DNA of 63,998 bases, filler included, from Dimargaris cristalligena (lineage: Eukaryota): NCBI GenBank assembly GCA_003614675.1. It is 5 parts of 5 records of this genome, joined end to end, with 100 filler letters (N's around TTAATTAATTAA, not from the genome) between each part and the next. Parts side by side here need not be neighbours in the genome. Positions count along the whole stretch, not along the records: positions 1 to 12,913 come from ML003008.1; positions 13,014 to 26,033 come from ML003009.1; 3 more parts are not named here. One strand, given 5' to 3'. This document shows positions 1 through 14,258 of this stretch, piece after piece. The notes beneath the pieces were generated by a model. The model had not been told where the DNA came from. It did no database searches and worked only from the letters and a program-made list of their open reading frames with translations. The translations under genes were made by a program, and so were the position numbers. Numbering within the stretch: the first letter of the stretch is position 1; each line of letters begins with the position of its first letter.

Positions 1-312
1 TTTGTAACAAATTACACAATATTAAATGTAGCCTTGGGGTGCTGCGTTCAATGTAGGCAACATTTAACGCAACGGTTTAGAATTTTTAATGATGGGCAAA
101 TGGGAAACTAGGTGTAATAGTATTGTATAACCTGTAATATCAGTCCTATTAAATGGTACTTTTTTGTTATACAGTCAACATAGATTATCCCATATGGGAG
201 GAGGTCAAAACTATGTGGACCTGCAATCAACTCCGCTTGAACAAATGTCGTATTTCCTCGTTGTGGCTTTTTTAATTCCCTTTACTCGAACTTCACTTTC
301 CTTTACTCAGCC

Positions 313-3300
313 ATGAATCGGCGCGCCCCAGAAGGTAACGAATGATATCACTATAAATATGCCCCTCCGACCAACTTAGAGTATAAGGAGTGCGAATCCA
401 GGAACCCCATTCCATGTATGCCCTCCAGCAGGTTCATTAGCGTTGCCCATTCCCCTCCCGTTCCTCGACACTACGTTGTTTTATTTTGGATTGCACTGTA
501 TTCACATTCCTCCATCAATTGTTCTTCCATTGTTACATTACCACTATTCTTGCCTTTATCAACTCGGCCTTTCCTACACATCCTCCAACCAACCCCCCAC
601 ATCATCCCCCCCTATTCCACCCATGTCCCATGTACCTGCAGACCTTGACGATCCGTCCGACCTACGCGATGTCAAACGCCAGTACAAACGGCTCAAGTAC
701 GAGGCCACCCGCGCCAAATCCGAACTCGAACACGCCCGCCTCGGCCAGGAGAGTCGGATCCACGAGTACGAGCGACTCCAAGCCGAACAAACGGCCCGCC
801 TCGAGCGGTTAGAACGGGACCGGCGGTTTCTGTTTGAAAAGGAGCGGGAAGCTAGTGAACGGTGCGCGCGGTACGAAACGGAACTAGGAGACCTAAGGGC
901 TAATTATGAAGCGAAATTGCGGACGATTCAACAACAGGCCCATGAAAGGGTGCAGCTCCATTTGCAAAGGCAGATGCACGAGGAATCCAGTGGAGGTAGC
1001 GATAGCAATGACGACCACAAATACAACGATGATGATGAAGACGACGACGAGGGCGAGAGTTACACTAGTGAGGGTACGGGGGCCTCACGCCGCCCTCCGA
1101 AAGAACGACGAACACCCCACTCCCTACGCCTAGCCCAGGAACGGGCCCGGGGCCACGAGGCAACGATCCAGCGCCTTCAGGATCATCTGGATACACAAGC
1201 CCGCCAAACCGAACAGCTCCGCAGCACCCTGGAAACCACCATGGCCGATCTCGCCCAAACCCGCCGTGAACTTGCGGATACCCAAACTCGACTGAAGCAT
1301 CAAATTCGGCGCGAAGAACTTCTGGCTAAAGAGCGGGACGGGGATATCTCCACCGCATCTACCCTAACCGGTGGTAGCAACACGGAACCCCGCCCCCCCC
1401 AGTGGTCCGAGCAGAAAAGGCAACTCGAGGCCCAAATCCGTAGCCTTCAAAAGGCGGTGGAAGTCCAACGGTTCCACCATGAAAATTTCGAGCTGGCCCA
1501 GGAGACGCAACGTGATTTAGAACACCGACTCCAACTGCTGACTCCCCTGCGGGACCAGGTGGCCCAACTCCGGTTGGAAAATACCCAACTGCAACGGGAA
1601 CGGACGGACTGGACGGCGACTTTCCGGCAGTTACTCCGTCACGAAAATATTCCCCTCCTGCCCCTTACCCCCGGGGATGAAAACAGCGGAGTCGAACTGA
1701 AACCCTTTCCGCCCGCCGTTTCCGATGAAAATAATCCCCATCCGACGACGGCAACGTCGGCCGATTCCCTCCGGTTAGCCGCAGTTGCCACTGTGGCCCG
1801 CTTCATCGCCCAACAACGCCAAACTATCGCCAACTTACACGACGAACTGGGTCAAGTACGCGCGCAAGTGGGGGGTTCGCGGGTCGAACAGGCCGACTTG
1901 GCGGAACAGTTGGCTACCACCCAGGCTCGCTGCACCCATCTCGAACAACAGCATAGTAGGGATAAGCGGACCCTCCAGCGGTTGGAAAAACTTCGGGTGC
2001 TGGCCCACCGGGACGTGGAAAACTTACGGGAGCAAATCAAAAGTTTTCACTTGGAGGCGGAAATGATGGCGGCAGCGACAAACAACCAACCGAGCGAGAC
2101 GGAGGAGCCCACCGCTGAGCAGTCATCCGGCCAGCTACAGCAGCAGCAGCAGTTACAGCAGGTCCATCGAATTGAAGGATTAGAGCAATTGGTGCAGGAA
2201 TACCGTGAACAGGTCAATCAGTTAAACGAACAACTAGCGGCTCGCCCGGAAGTTAAACCTAACGCTAATCTGACCAACGAAACAGCTAACCCGAACCCCG
2301 CCGCGGCTGCCGAACTAGATGCCCGCGCTCAGGCCCGGGCGGCTGAATCCGAATCCGAGATGGCTGTGCTACGATCGCAGCTGGCCCGCTTGGAAAAGCA
2401 ACTAGCCGCCCAGAACTCCGAAATGGCCCTATTGGAACACAAAATCGGCCAGGGTGACTATAATCCCCGTACGACACGGATTCTCCAATTGATTGACAAT
2501 CCCACGTCGAAGGCCTACGAAATTAGGGAAGCTACCCTGCAGGCCCTACGCAAGGAAAATGCCCAACTGTTGGAACGACTGACGATGAAAGGGGGGAAGG
2601 CGACTACGGATGATCAATCATCAGTGGCTGCCGGTGCGGACCACAGCCAGGGGAGTGATAGTGGGGGGGCATTAGTGCCCCAGCAAACCGTGGATAATCT
2701 AATTTCGAGTCATGCGGATATGCAGAAACAGGTGGCCGAAAAAGATAAACGGATGGTGCGACTTAAAGAGGTAGGTATCCTTCGGTTTCTGTTCGTGTGA
2801 CCGATGATTTAATGTGGAATTTCCTCGGTTGGGCCCACGGTTGTATATATATGTATATGTATATAAATCAACTACTAATTCAGCTATTGGTAAGGCGAAG
2901 GCATTCATGATTCAGGCTCGGGCTCACAACCTTATTTCATCTTTTATTTTGAAAATCCTAACCCTCCCCTTCCTCACCTTGTTTACGCCATCCTCGTCCA
3001 CATCCGCCTCCGACTGCCATAGGTCTGGCGCGCCAAAGCCCAGGAAATCCGCGAAGCCGTTTACAGTCTTCTCGGCTACCGGGTAGATTTTCTCGAAAAC
3101 GGGCGGGTCCGCCTCGCCTCCATGTACAACGAGGCCGATGACCATTCCTTTATTTTCACGTCGAACGCACACGATTCGGGCACCTTGGAACTCAGCGGGG
3201 GCGGTAATGCCGCGTTTGTGCGAAGCCTGGACACCCTCATCCAGTACTGGGTGGTGGAACGCCGGTCTATTCCGGCTTTTCTGGCCACGGTGACCCTGGA

Positions 3301-3445
3301 ACTATTCGATAAAACGACTGCAATGATGCCGCCCGGCCACCATGCGGGTTGGCGGGGCCGTGATGAAATGAGCCGGTCGATGACGTCTAGTATGTCGTTA
3401 GCAAGTTGCAGCACTAATCCGGGACCCTCTGCTAATCTGGTATGA
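313..3445 (+). CDS. MAD1: Spindle assembly checkpoint protein Mad1 (exons ~313-334, 642-2770, 3023-3445)
   Basis: Long coiled coil; Mad2-interaction-like segment RILQLIDNP; RLK motif (RLKE|VWRAK across the intron); C-terminal RWD-type region REAVYSLLGYRVD...IPAFLATVTLELF. GT/AG sites keep the frame. The first exon is less certain. Confidence 0.9.
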
Positions 3446-4239
3446 AATAACCAACATCCACAGTGACTTTAGTAGACTTGTATGGAAATAAATATATATA
3501 TAAAAAGAGGCATGGTGAGGTAATATACGCTTATACCGCTAACGATAGGTCGGTTAGATAATAATCTGTATGGAAGTCGCAAGCTTAATAATCCCCTGAA
3601 CAAAAGAACATGAGAGAAAAGCCGCCAAGGGAGCGTATGCCCCTTCTTATTTAGTTCCATGGTGTGTAGATTGAATGACCATTGTTACGGGAAACGGAGG
3701 GGACGGGGGAATAAGAATATTAAGGACTTAACCTCAACTGGGTGGGTGATGTCCGCGTTTCCAACAAGAAATGTTTCCATGTGATGCAGCGGCAATTAAG
3801 TGGCCATTAAATAGCAGTGATAGATATATTATTCATTAGACATCAATAGGACATGGTCCCTCATTTCGTAATGATTATTTTGCTCAACTATGACAATAAT
3901 AAAATATAATTTGACAATAACCTCAAAATTGAGGTTGAAAATGAAGGGCTAATAGACTGGCAACTTTTTAAAGGTTAATATGTATGTCAGAGGAGGAAAG
4001 GTATGAGTTTAAGAAGATAGTCCAACCACCCCCTGGGTGGCAATTGATTCTGTAGCCTGGTAACGGTAAAGAAATATACATATTGTAAGAAAAAAAAAAG
4101 CAAATGATGCTAGTAAGCCAGCACAATATGTCTACAAAGCCAATCAGGAATGGTGGTTAAACAGCACACGGGGTAAGCCGTGAGGACAGATGAATAATAT
4201 ACTCTCAGTTATCTTCCGCGGTATAACGAATCGATGGGT

Positions 4240-6854
4240 TTATTTGGATCCGCCTTTTTTACGAATCGGAATCTTGATTCCTTGGTCAGCGAAACACCGT
4301 GACAAATCGGTTGAGTCTAGAGGGTTGAGGCATAAATATACCAGTATAAAACAAGTGAGAAAGGATTTTCCTACTAGACACTGCCTCCATGTGTATACTA
4401 ACGAGTTTGAAAGTACAGGGGGCAATATTTGTAATTTGTACTTTCAAGAACGAAATGGGTGGTTTAACCCTACTTAGTATAACCATGTGATACAGGTTAG
4501 TAGCATTAGATGTACCTGTCATGCCGGGGAATTTTTTGGCGGAGTATACTTCGAAAGATTCGGAGAAGACATGGCAATCAGCTGATGTATCCCGACTATT
4601 TGATCCGCTGTTAGTGTTGAAAGAAGATGAAATAGGTGAGTATACGTCATGATACAAATGAGTCAACAGTACAGGGAGCAGCTTAGTTAGCCATTGCAGT
4701 TAAATCATTGTAGCTCAAGGTGTATGAGGGTGGCCCTTAAACTAAAAATAGTCATACTGCCTAAATTTTGGTTATAATTGAAATAGCCAAGGCCCACTCT
4801 ACTCTTAGTACGCTGCTTGCCAAAGTCGGCGTTAAAACAGAGGAGAAAAAAAAGGAATATCCAGAACCATGGAACCAGTCCAGCATTGCTTAAAGTAAAG
4901 TAAGATATAATTTAAAAAAATGGGACAGTCAAAAAGATGGCTCCTATCAGAAAAATAGGTGTGGGCATATGTAGACAAACATGCCCAGTTCTGCTTACAC
5001 GGCCCACCACCTATCCGCCCTGGACAGTAGTAAAACCCCACTCCTAGAATTGCCCTCACATGGCAGATCCCCTCCCATTCAACCTTGGATTTCCCCGCAC
5101 CACCCCAGCAGACCGTGGGTAACCCAGACAACCTACACAGCATCAGAGAATGATGTAAACCAACCCTGCACCACCCACATCAAAAGGCCACTTGTTAACT
5201 TCCACCATGGAATCTAAACATGCCACCCATTTAATGTATGGATAGAAGGATTGGGAAACACCGCACGGGGGGAAGTACACACACTGGCAAGACCCAGTCT
5301 CAAACAAAGTCGGGTTCGTTACATGGCAATAGTGGAAGAGGCGATGATCCACTTTCCCTTTCCAAGCAGTTGACTAAGTAAGGAATCAGCCAACATGGGT
5401 CAACACTCCGGTAATGTATACTCCCCACCCACTGGTGCGGCGATTTGCCTTATATATCATAGACGGAACCAATAACTGGGATGGGGGCCGGATAGTGGCT
5501 GAAGGAGGTCGCGCACGGGTGGCGCGAGGGTGTGTGGGAGAGGGAGAAAGAGGTGGACTGGATATAACGACAAAAAGCGGGTTGGCCAAGTGGAAATGGA
5601 AATGAGCGGGGACTCGTTTGGGCGGCCACTTAGCTTTCCATTGTCATGGGACACGAATAAGAAACGTGTTGAAAGGGATAATCATGGGACAACTGGAGGG
5701 GGAAAATGGGACATAATGAAAATGGTCGCCGCCATGAATAGACATCCCCCATTGGTGGATGGGGAAAGGTAGTCCAATAATCCAATTGAGTCTAAATATA
5801 GCAAATAAGAACGGCCCATAAGGCAGAGAGGATGCGTATTAAAGGAAAATCACACGAATAGAGTGAACCACCTCCCTCCCCTATATATTACATCCCTCCC
5901 TGTGATTCAGCGGGGATGAGCGGCTCACTTGGTGATTATTAGAGAAAGATGACTGACAGCGTGCCAAAAAGGAAGGATCAAGGGGGGAAAAGGGCTTATA
6001 GCAGCGGTGCTGAACGGATAATTGATCATATTTCTTCACAAGACTAGCTGGTATGATTCAAGATGAGCATGGGAAAGACAAGATGGTCCTGGCTGCAAAA
6101 TAATGGCCCGCGCGTATATTAAGCCTTCGGGGAAAAAATACGTATGGTCCGAAAAAAAAGGACCGCTGAGTGGATTAGTGGCACAGCCGAGCTGACGGGT
6201 ACTCCATCCTATTTCATTCGTGCCCGCTGTCAGCGCACCCACTCTCCTTCAAGAAGCCACCCAGAATTCAGCACACCTCCCGCACGTACCAAAATTAACC
6301 ACGTATGAATAAAATCAGGTATACTATCGTCAACCGAAGTGCGGGACAGGACGTAGCAATGGTCAGTAAGGGACTTACCTAAGCAGACTGGTAAATATGA
6401 ATCGAAGCGTAAATTGGCCCTCTGTCCGTACCGCTAGGTCAGGGAAGATAAAGAAAGTGCGGCTGTGGCCGTCTAAGTCCTGTAAGAGCTGGGCGGAGGC
6501 CACGGTGGAACCCACCAAGTTCCGAGTATGGGAGGGGTCATTGAGCGAAATGACCGAGGAGCTAGGGAAGCTTGGCTGTGAAGGCACTGACGACGGGTTA
6601 ACGACCACACTGCAGTCCATGGTTTTATTATGGGACCAAATGGTGACCAGACATACAAAACTGGAAATGTCTTCGGTATCCTCCACTAAGTTGCCGTATT
6701 CATCGTAGACATCCAGACGAACCACTGGAGGGGGGTCGATGGGACGCCGGTCCTTTTCGCCGAAGCCGCACATGCGCGCCCGCACTGGGTTCTGCACAAC
6801 GTTCAGTTCATACTGACGGTCGGTCGGTGGATTGAAAGAGCCGCTCGGGTTCAT
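4240..6854 (-). CDS. Velvet-domain transcription factor, ~210-215 aa (exons 6854-6379, ~4607-4516, 4316-4240)
   Basis: Velvet motifs YELNVVQNPVRARMCGFGEKDRRPIDPPP and RNLVGS...FIFPDLAVRTEGQFTLRF. The domain is completed by VFSESFEVYSAKKFPGMT|DSTDLSRCFADQGIKIPIR in two downstream exons, with splice phases matching. The exon 2 start could alternatively be 4595. Confidence 0.88.
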
Positions 6855-9800
6855 TAGAAGCCAAAGTTAACGGAGTTAAGACACGGGTAAAGGAGTGCGA
6901 TTGAAATAGGGCTGTGGCGGGGTCAACTGGGAAGCGAAGGGGGCAATTCAGGGGGGGGTGAAGAGCGGGACCCGAGAAGCTGAACAAAATTGGCGAGTAG
7001 TGGGTGAATAGACCCCCACAATATTGTAACAAAGAAAATGAAACAGGGTCACCGAGATAAATAAAAAGGGCGAGTATACAGTTAAGGGAGAGGACGAGGG
7101 AGAGAAAATGGGAGGGAAAAGAAAAGAAAGAGACAGAGTGAAAGAAAGAGCGGGAGGTGTAGTGGAGAGGCAAACAGTCTGTTCAAAATGAACGAGCGGG
7201 CGGCATTAATATGCGGCTTGGTACTATGAACGAAGGAGAGTCTGGGTCTAAAAGGAAGCCAAGGGGCGGGGAGGGAAGTACGCTAAGAGCCCGAGGGTGG
7301 GACTTTGTAACATAAGCCGGGGCTGGTCCGTGAGCGTGCAAGTAGATGAAGGAGTTGGTGATAGGTTTCCTGTTCAGTATGTACGCGATAAAAAAACACC
7401 TAATAGAAGCCGGAAATGAACAGCACAGGGACACCCCGCCAGTCGCAATGTAATCAACCGTATTTTTAGTGGACGTAGCGTAAAAATGGGATGAACGAAA
7501 TGTAATAAATGGCCGCCACTACTGGGGGTACCACCATCACCTGACTAGAGCAGAGAAACCCAGGAAAATGTGCAAGTCTGGAGGGCACTGGCCTGCTGGG
7601 TTAAATAAAGCCAAGTCCAATACAGCGCATATATATAAACCTACTCTCTTGTATATAGTATATTCTTACAGCAAGGCAAATTTAGGTTGATTGACGAACG
7701 AGCAGGGCGTGGGGAGTTTCGAGAATCGACAGCCTGTGAAAATACCTGACTACCACTCGTGTGGATTGAGAAAAGCGGATCGATTATTTGACACTCTCAA
7801 GTAGAAAAAGGCAGGGAAACGACGTACCCAGTGAATAGAGGTTGAGCTCCGCAATCAGCGAAATTAATGGTAGACAGGCCGAAAGGTAGCAAGGAAGAAC
7901 CCAATGACAGTGGGTGAGTGTGTATGGATATGTGTGGGAGGGACGGAGGAGCACAAAAACGGCAATCCGTTAATGAAACGGAGGAGTATTGGAGTTAGGG
8001 TGAAAGAAAGAAGGAAGGTAGCCATGGCGCGGAATGAGGCCAGGTGGGGTTTATATATATACCCAAGGGCAATGCCGATGCATATAGTCAAGAGGGTTAG
8101 AGTGGTATAGCCTATATGCTGCCACTGAGGCCCCGCCATCCTCACAGCACGTGGGTGGATACTAGAGCCCTCGACCAACCAACAGAGGAGTGTTGTGTAT
8201 GAGGGCGTTATTGGTATGGCATAATAGCCGTATATAGGGCGAGGGGGAGTCCGATTGGAGAAAGTAGGTCTTTGGGTAATGGGAGGTCCCTGTTTCCGCT
8301 ACTTTGGACCCGTATATTCGCCATATTATTCAACTAGCTGAGTCCCGTGTCTCCTCTCACTCACTACACCTTGTCCTCCCCACGACCTGCCAGGCGAGTA
8401 ATTCAATGGAAAAGAGCCAGGGATCAGCCCAAGTGTATTCGTATGGATCGGAAATAGCAATACCCATCATGCTGCTTCGCTCACTAGGGGCCACAAAGGC
8501 ATCCCTGCTTAGTCTGCGGTATCCATGTGGGGTCTTGTCCTATCCTAACGACGAGTTGAGTTGGGATGGGGATAGTCTGTGGGGTGGGTCATTAACGTGG
8601 CTTGGTTATTACTTCTGTCACCCGATGACAGCGCAGGGAATGCAGTAAGGAGGGTTAATTGCAACGTGCCCAAACCCCACCATCTCCTTTTTCTCGTTGG
8701 TCCGGTCAGAAAGCCCCATATATCGATATATCTATCACTTTCCTCCAAACCGGCCCGAAGAATTGGCTGTTGATACCCCCCCCTTACATCACTTCCCATT
8801 CAAGGTTAAATAAGGGGAATTTCAGCCAGCCAGGATAGTACACTAATTTTAGACTCATCCCTGCGGCCAGTGGGGCGAAATCCCCGCACCCTGTTTTCCT
8901 AAACCCACACCCACAATCCCAGCCTTTTATCTAGGCCCACTGTACAAAATAGGAAACCCCCCCCCCCCCCCCCCAAAAAAAAAGGTGAATAAACTCTTTA
9001 GCATTTTCTTCGGACCAAGTGGAAGGTTAAACCCTTTGGCAACCGAATAAGGTAAGAGAGGGGAATGTGACCTTGAGCCAAAAGGGCGATAGGCCCAGCC
9101 AAGACCACCCGTCTAGGAAAATAGGGGGGAATAGTTGGTGGCACCGACTGAGGAGAGGTGCCTTCACTTGTCTAGCCTGTAGTACACAGACACCCACCAG
9201 TTCACAAATCAAATCTACCCGGATGGGTGATAGCCCCTCCTCACCAACAATACCCGTTCATTTATCCTCTGGTTTGATACTCCTGCCGGTTCGCCCTACT
9301 CGACTGTACATACTGATCCCTTGATGCAGCAGGTCAATGGTCATTTGGCGGGTAAAAGCGCACCAGGCCACCCCCCCCCCCCTCATGCCTACCTACCCCC
9401 CACGTCGCACCCTCGTCAGGCCCGCACCACTTTGTGGTTCAACTATATAGTCCATCGCATATGTAAACCAGCTACAAAGTATGATGTCAGAAAGCGGGGG
9501 GGGGGATATAACAATGTACCATAACTGTAGTTTAGTGTAGGTTGGTCAAAGGACCTATGTAACCGATACAATACGCCATTCCATTTTTTCTATTGGCTTA
9601 CTACGCCCTAGCTAGCCACTGGCCTTTCCCATTTGTGCGACTTGCGCGGCCCTTTCAGCCAAAACACCGTTGATCGTATCCGTCGCTATAGACAAATAGA
9701 TACAGCCGGATGAGCTGAAACACTTCATACCAAACTCTACTACACATCTCTGTGGATGAACCGGGTGATTCATGTAGGTGTAGAGAATGTAGATGGGAAG

Positions 9801-12800
9801 GGAAAAGGATATGCGGAGGTCCAATAATACGTAAGGAGTGAAACACCGTAGGTGAAATGATAATCGCAGCCGCGGATCCTTAATAATGGTATTACAATAC
9901 ATAAACAGTGTGGAGGCTTAAATTGGGTTCACCGGAGGAATGAAATCGGGTAATTCGGGATGGGGGGAAGAGGACTTTCCCAGCCGTGGGGACAGAGGAT
10001 TTCCTGAAATTTCGCTTCATCTCATCTTTCTCTCCCCCTCTTTTCTCCCTTCACATTGGAGGAAGGAGGGGGAGAGACACTCAGTAACGGCATGAAGGGC
10101 AGGGGGTTTCGAATTCTTTAGGGCATTTTGCTAACCCAGCAATCAAGGACCTTCGGCCTGGTATGGTGAATATGCCCTTTTGAACGGAAATGCAGCTTGC
10201 TTCAGTTTGGGTCCATCCATTGGTTTCATAATATTTGCCGCAATTAGACATATTTCTACTATGCAGTCTCCCCCACCCGCATGGCTTACATAGTGGCTGG
10301 GTCGGGTAGCATAGTACATGGTCGAACGCCTGCTTAGTAGCGTTGTTCGGTTCTAATGATCCCCCTGATATTGGGCCCCAGCGGGGCTACCTCGTTAATG
10401 GGCGTAAAAGGATGGCATGTTTATCCAAGGTGACTTCCATTACTCTGCGCGCACAAAAACACTGTTAAGGTCACCGGATTGGGAAGGAAGGGAGAGGACA
10501 CCTAAGTGAAGGAGATACCTAAGACAGGATATTCCAAAAGGCGTACCAACCCCCGGTTAAAAGGGGGGTAGAATTCCGAATCCTATCAGAACAACAACAC
10601 CATGTAGGGCTTTTGTCAAACCAGTATGGCGGATGGAGAGCAGGATCTAGCGTACAGGGCAGGAGACGTGGTGCCTTCCAGCTGATAGAGCCGTACCGAG
10701 GAATTTCGTGAATGACTTCCGTGTATTCAGTTTGGCGAGTTTATCTAATATCATTTGACTCCGTCCTACTTGGCCCAGTTATGTCCACACTTCTATTCGA
10801 CATGGATGCTGTATTGTGGCACTGAAATCGCCAAATGATACACCGGCCTATCTATCTCCTCCCCATTTCACCTTAAACCACACCACCAGTCCCATTAAAG
10901 AGGGCTGGTCTCAACACCGCTCACCCCGTCTTTTACCATTGGTACAGTGCCATCATTGATTAGACCCACCCCCCTATCGTATTCCGCATGAGATCCAAAG
11001 GCCAATTACGCCTCCTTTATTGAAATACAATACTCCCCGGATCACACATTTTTGCATTACAACTGCCCCAATTTTCCTGGCTATACATTTTTCCGCTTAC
11101 GATGGGTGAGGACAATCCCACCGATAAGCTATCTTTTCTATTGTTTTACACCCCCTATCTCCCACCGAACATTTGTTGTTACCATCAACGGTTCACACCA
11201 TCCATTGTTGCTAATAAAATAAAATCAAATAGCATCGATGGCCGTGTAGGTGGGAAGGCTGGACAGGACAGAGAGTTCTTAATAAAAAAAATCAACATTT
11301 TCCCTCTTTGATTTTAGGATATTGACCTAGTGTGTGAATTCAACTACGAACGTAATTCCATTATGTGTGGTATGTATCGCCCACTAACTGAAGTAGATGT
11401 TTCCTGAATCCTTCACCTCGATTTCCCCTCTTATATATATATATAATTTCATTCTAAGTTTTCCGGACTTAGCGTAGGCGGGTTAGGGACGGGCGCCTTT
11501 TCGGAAGAAGATTATCAGATGTGGCATTGTTAAGGCCAGTACACCATGCCCCATAGTGAAGAAAAATACAACATTCATTTTACCCACGCATCCATATTCG
11601 CCCTTAAACTTCCGTAGATGATATAAGGGCTGGCCTATATACCCCCTCTATTCCATACACACTTCCACCCACATATAGGCATATATACATATATATTAAG
11701 ACGAAAATGGATAAAATGGGTTGATGGAAATAACTAGATATGGATTCTATAGTGGAAGAAGTATGTTGATCAATCAACTTGTTGGGTAAAGACGTATTGT
11801 TTATACGGCCTCTAAGTAAAAACTGACTTATTATTACTCTATTTAGACCAGATTTATAAACAATCCATACACTACTAAAATCGGTATTCCTTTTTCCCAT
11901 TCGTGTATACAAATACGGCGTGATTCAGTCTGACAAAAGCCCAATGTATGTCGGTTCATATACCATGAGTAGCACAATTGAAAAAGATCCCGGGCTACAA
12001 AATAACTACAATGGTACCATTTCAAATTGCTACTTAAACCGAATTAGCCGTTGGATTAGATTATGCTCCACTGACTTGGTCGTATTGACGCCCCCTATTC
12101 ATTTGGGGGTGGTTGATGGCTGGTTCGCCGGGGCCACCCCCGAACTATATTAGGTTAGCCAAGTACTAGTGGATACGGAAAAGGGCCAATGACCTACAAA
12201 CCCTGACCCTTCACTCATGATTGACGGTCACTGAATTTCATTTTATTTTTGGATATATATCACATTGCCTTCGAATACACTTGGACTCGGCCGTGGGTAA
12301 GAATGTTTGGTCAAGTGGTAATCACTCAGGCTGGGCAACGTTTCTTTGCCACTGTTCTGGGCGGGGGGGGGAGGGGGAGTGTACACAGAGATAATCACCG
12401 ACTCAGGATTTGGATTGTCTACTTGGCACTTTGGTAGGAAACGAGGCAATCATAGTGCGCTTCCATAGACACATATACCGGGTGCTTAGGGGAAAATATA
12501 CGAATAAATACCCAGCGGGCAGCAGTGATATGGGCAGGACGAACTATGGATACACACTATCAAACAAAATGGCAGCCATGCAAGGCGTGAAAATGACCAA
12601 ATTAGATAATAGTCCAACGGACGTGAAGTGCCATGGAATGAAATATTAAATTATTATCGAAAAAAATATGTCTTTACAAGCTGGTTTGCTCTTCCAAACA
12701 TTGCGAATTATACGGGAGGGGGCCATTCTGGCTGAATAGCAAAAAAAATATATCTGAGAAGGCAAATACTACTGGTTAAATATGATGGTCCAACCAAGTT

Positions 12801-12913
12801 TCACATCTACCTACCATTTAGAATCCTATACAATCGAGTCAAATGTCACTCATATTGTGCTTTACATAACAAGTACATACAGGGAGGTGCCAGTTTGGAC
12901 TAATCTCCACGGG

Positions 12914-13013
12914 NNNNNNNNNNNNNNNNNNNNNNNNNNNNNNNNNNNNNNNNNNNNTTAATTAATTAANNNNNNNNNNNNNNNNNNNNNNNNNNNNNNN
13001 NNNNNNNNNNNNN
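12914..13013. other. Artificial contig spacer
   Basis: 100 nt of N around TTAATTAATTAA (stops in all six frames); identical to three other spacers. Confidence 0.97.
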
Positions 13014-13065
13014 TATCTTTTCAAATAAAGTTCAGTTTTCAAGGATTTGATTTCAGTTCTTTACA
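13014..13065 (+). mobile_element. 3' end of LTR-like family A, truncated by contig start, abutting a family B copy
   Basis: AAAGTTCAGTTTTCAAGGATTTGATTTCAGTTCTTTACA is also at 26276-26314 and inverted from 39083; ends in CA. Confidence 0.7.
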
Positions 13066-13770
13066 CACTTACTAGTCAGTATAAGAGGGAGTAAGTGTAT
13101 ATAGGGTTAATTAGGGGTAAACCAGGGGGTAAGAAATAAGCTAAAGAATCTAACCAGTCCTAATGGAGCCTGGTTATATATATACAGGGATACTCCAGAG
13201 GGAGGTCCCAAGGGAAGAATACTACCAAGGCTATAGTATAAGTAAATAAGCTGACCAGATAGCTATTAATATCTGGAAGACTCTGATGGTAACCAGAAGA
13301 GGCAGAGTCCAGAAGGGGAAGGGTTAGATAATTTAGGATGATCCCATAGTACCAGGGGTGACTATGGGAAGGTTAATATGGTACTATAAGGCCTAATAGG
13401 GATGGATACTAAGGTGTCTAGATTAAGGCAGATTAGATTGCAACCGGGGGAGGCATCCACCACTCATGGGCAAGAGGTCAATCCTCCCCACAGTACATGG
13501 TACTCAAGTGAGGAGGAACCAAGGACCACACCGCGACTCATCTATCCCCCACCATGGAGGAAGATAGCCCCACCCCAATGGCACAAGAACCACACCTCAT
13601 CCCAGAGGAATAATATAGGCTGCCCCGAGTGGCAGACCAGGATCCCATGTCTTTCAATAAAATAATTATTATCTACTATATTTTGTTTAGTTATTTGCCC
13701 TACTTGGCTTTAGTCATTTATACAGTTCTCTAGCCCCACTCGGCTTAATCGGTTACAAGATGGTCTGACA
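13066..13770 (+). mobile_element. Solo-LTR-like family B, 3' portion, interrupted by a family C insertion
   Basis: Aligns with 31615-32030 and ~38000-38413; ends in GGTCTGACA; almost no CpG. Confidence 0.8.
13439..13757. mobile_element. 319-bp solo-LTR-like insertion (family C) with 4-bp target-site duplication
   Basis: Termini TGCAACCG...CGGTTACA form an imperfect inverted repeat; AGAT is duplicated at 13435-13438 and 13758-13761; other family B copies are uninterrupted here. Confidence 0.8.
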
Positions 13771-14258
13771 ATAATTATAATGCTAGTAATGGTAGTAATG
13801 ATATAAATGGAATCCATCATAGTAAATATTGATAGGATAAAAATAAGCTTAACTTAGAACTGCTGAATAAGCCATAGGTGGGATATACTATCAACCATTA
13901 GCAATCAATTATGGCATGCCAGACATCGCTGCAGATTCAGGTAGGCAGATTAGGCCTTGGAACCACCACTGTGCACTATCAGCCAACCAGTGGGTATGGC
14001 CCCCTCTTTCCCACTAGGGAGAAGGCAGCCCCTTCCAACTGGGTTCATGCTCTCGACCCTTCCATCCCGCTTGAGCCACTCTCTGTTGTATTCCACTTGA
14101 TTCATTTCCATCATTCCCCCCTTAAGCCCATCTTTCATTACAATAACTACGTGTATACTTTCATCTCATATATTCTTACTCATCTCCCCCAATCCCCCCT
14201 TTATTTTCCTTACTTGCTTCCCCACCCGTTTACCGCGGAGTTCAATTACACAGTCACC

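Noticed and set aside
443..641. N-terminal part of the 785-aa ORF as given in the ORF track
   Set aside because: Non-ATG start and pyrimidine-rich; better explained as intron 1 of MAD1
12958..12969. Recurrent TTAATTAATTAA palindrome
   Set aside because: Assembly linker inside N runs, not biological
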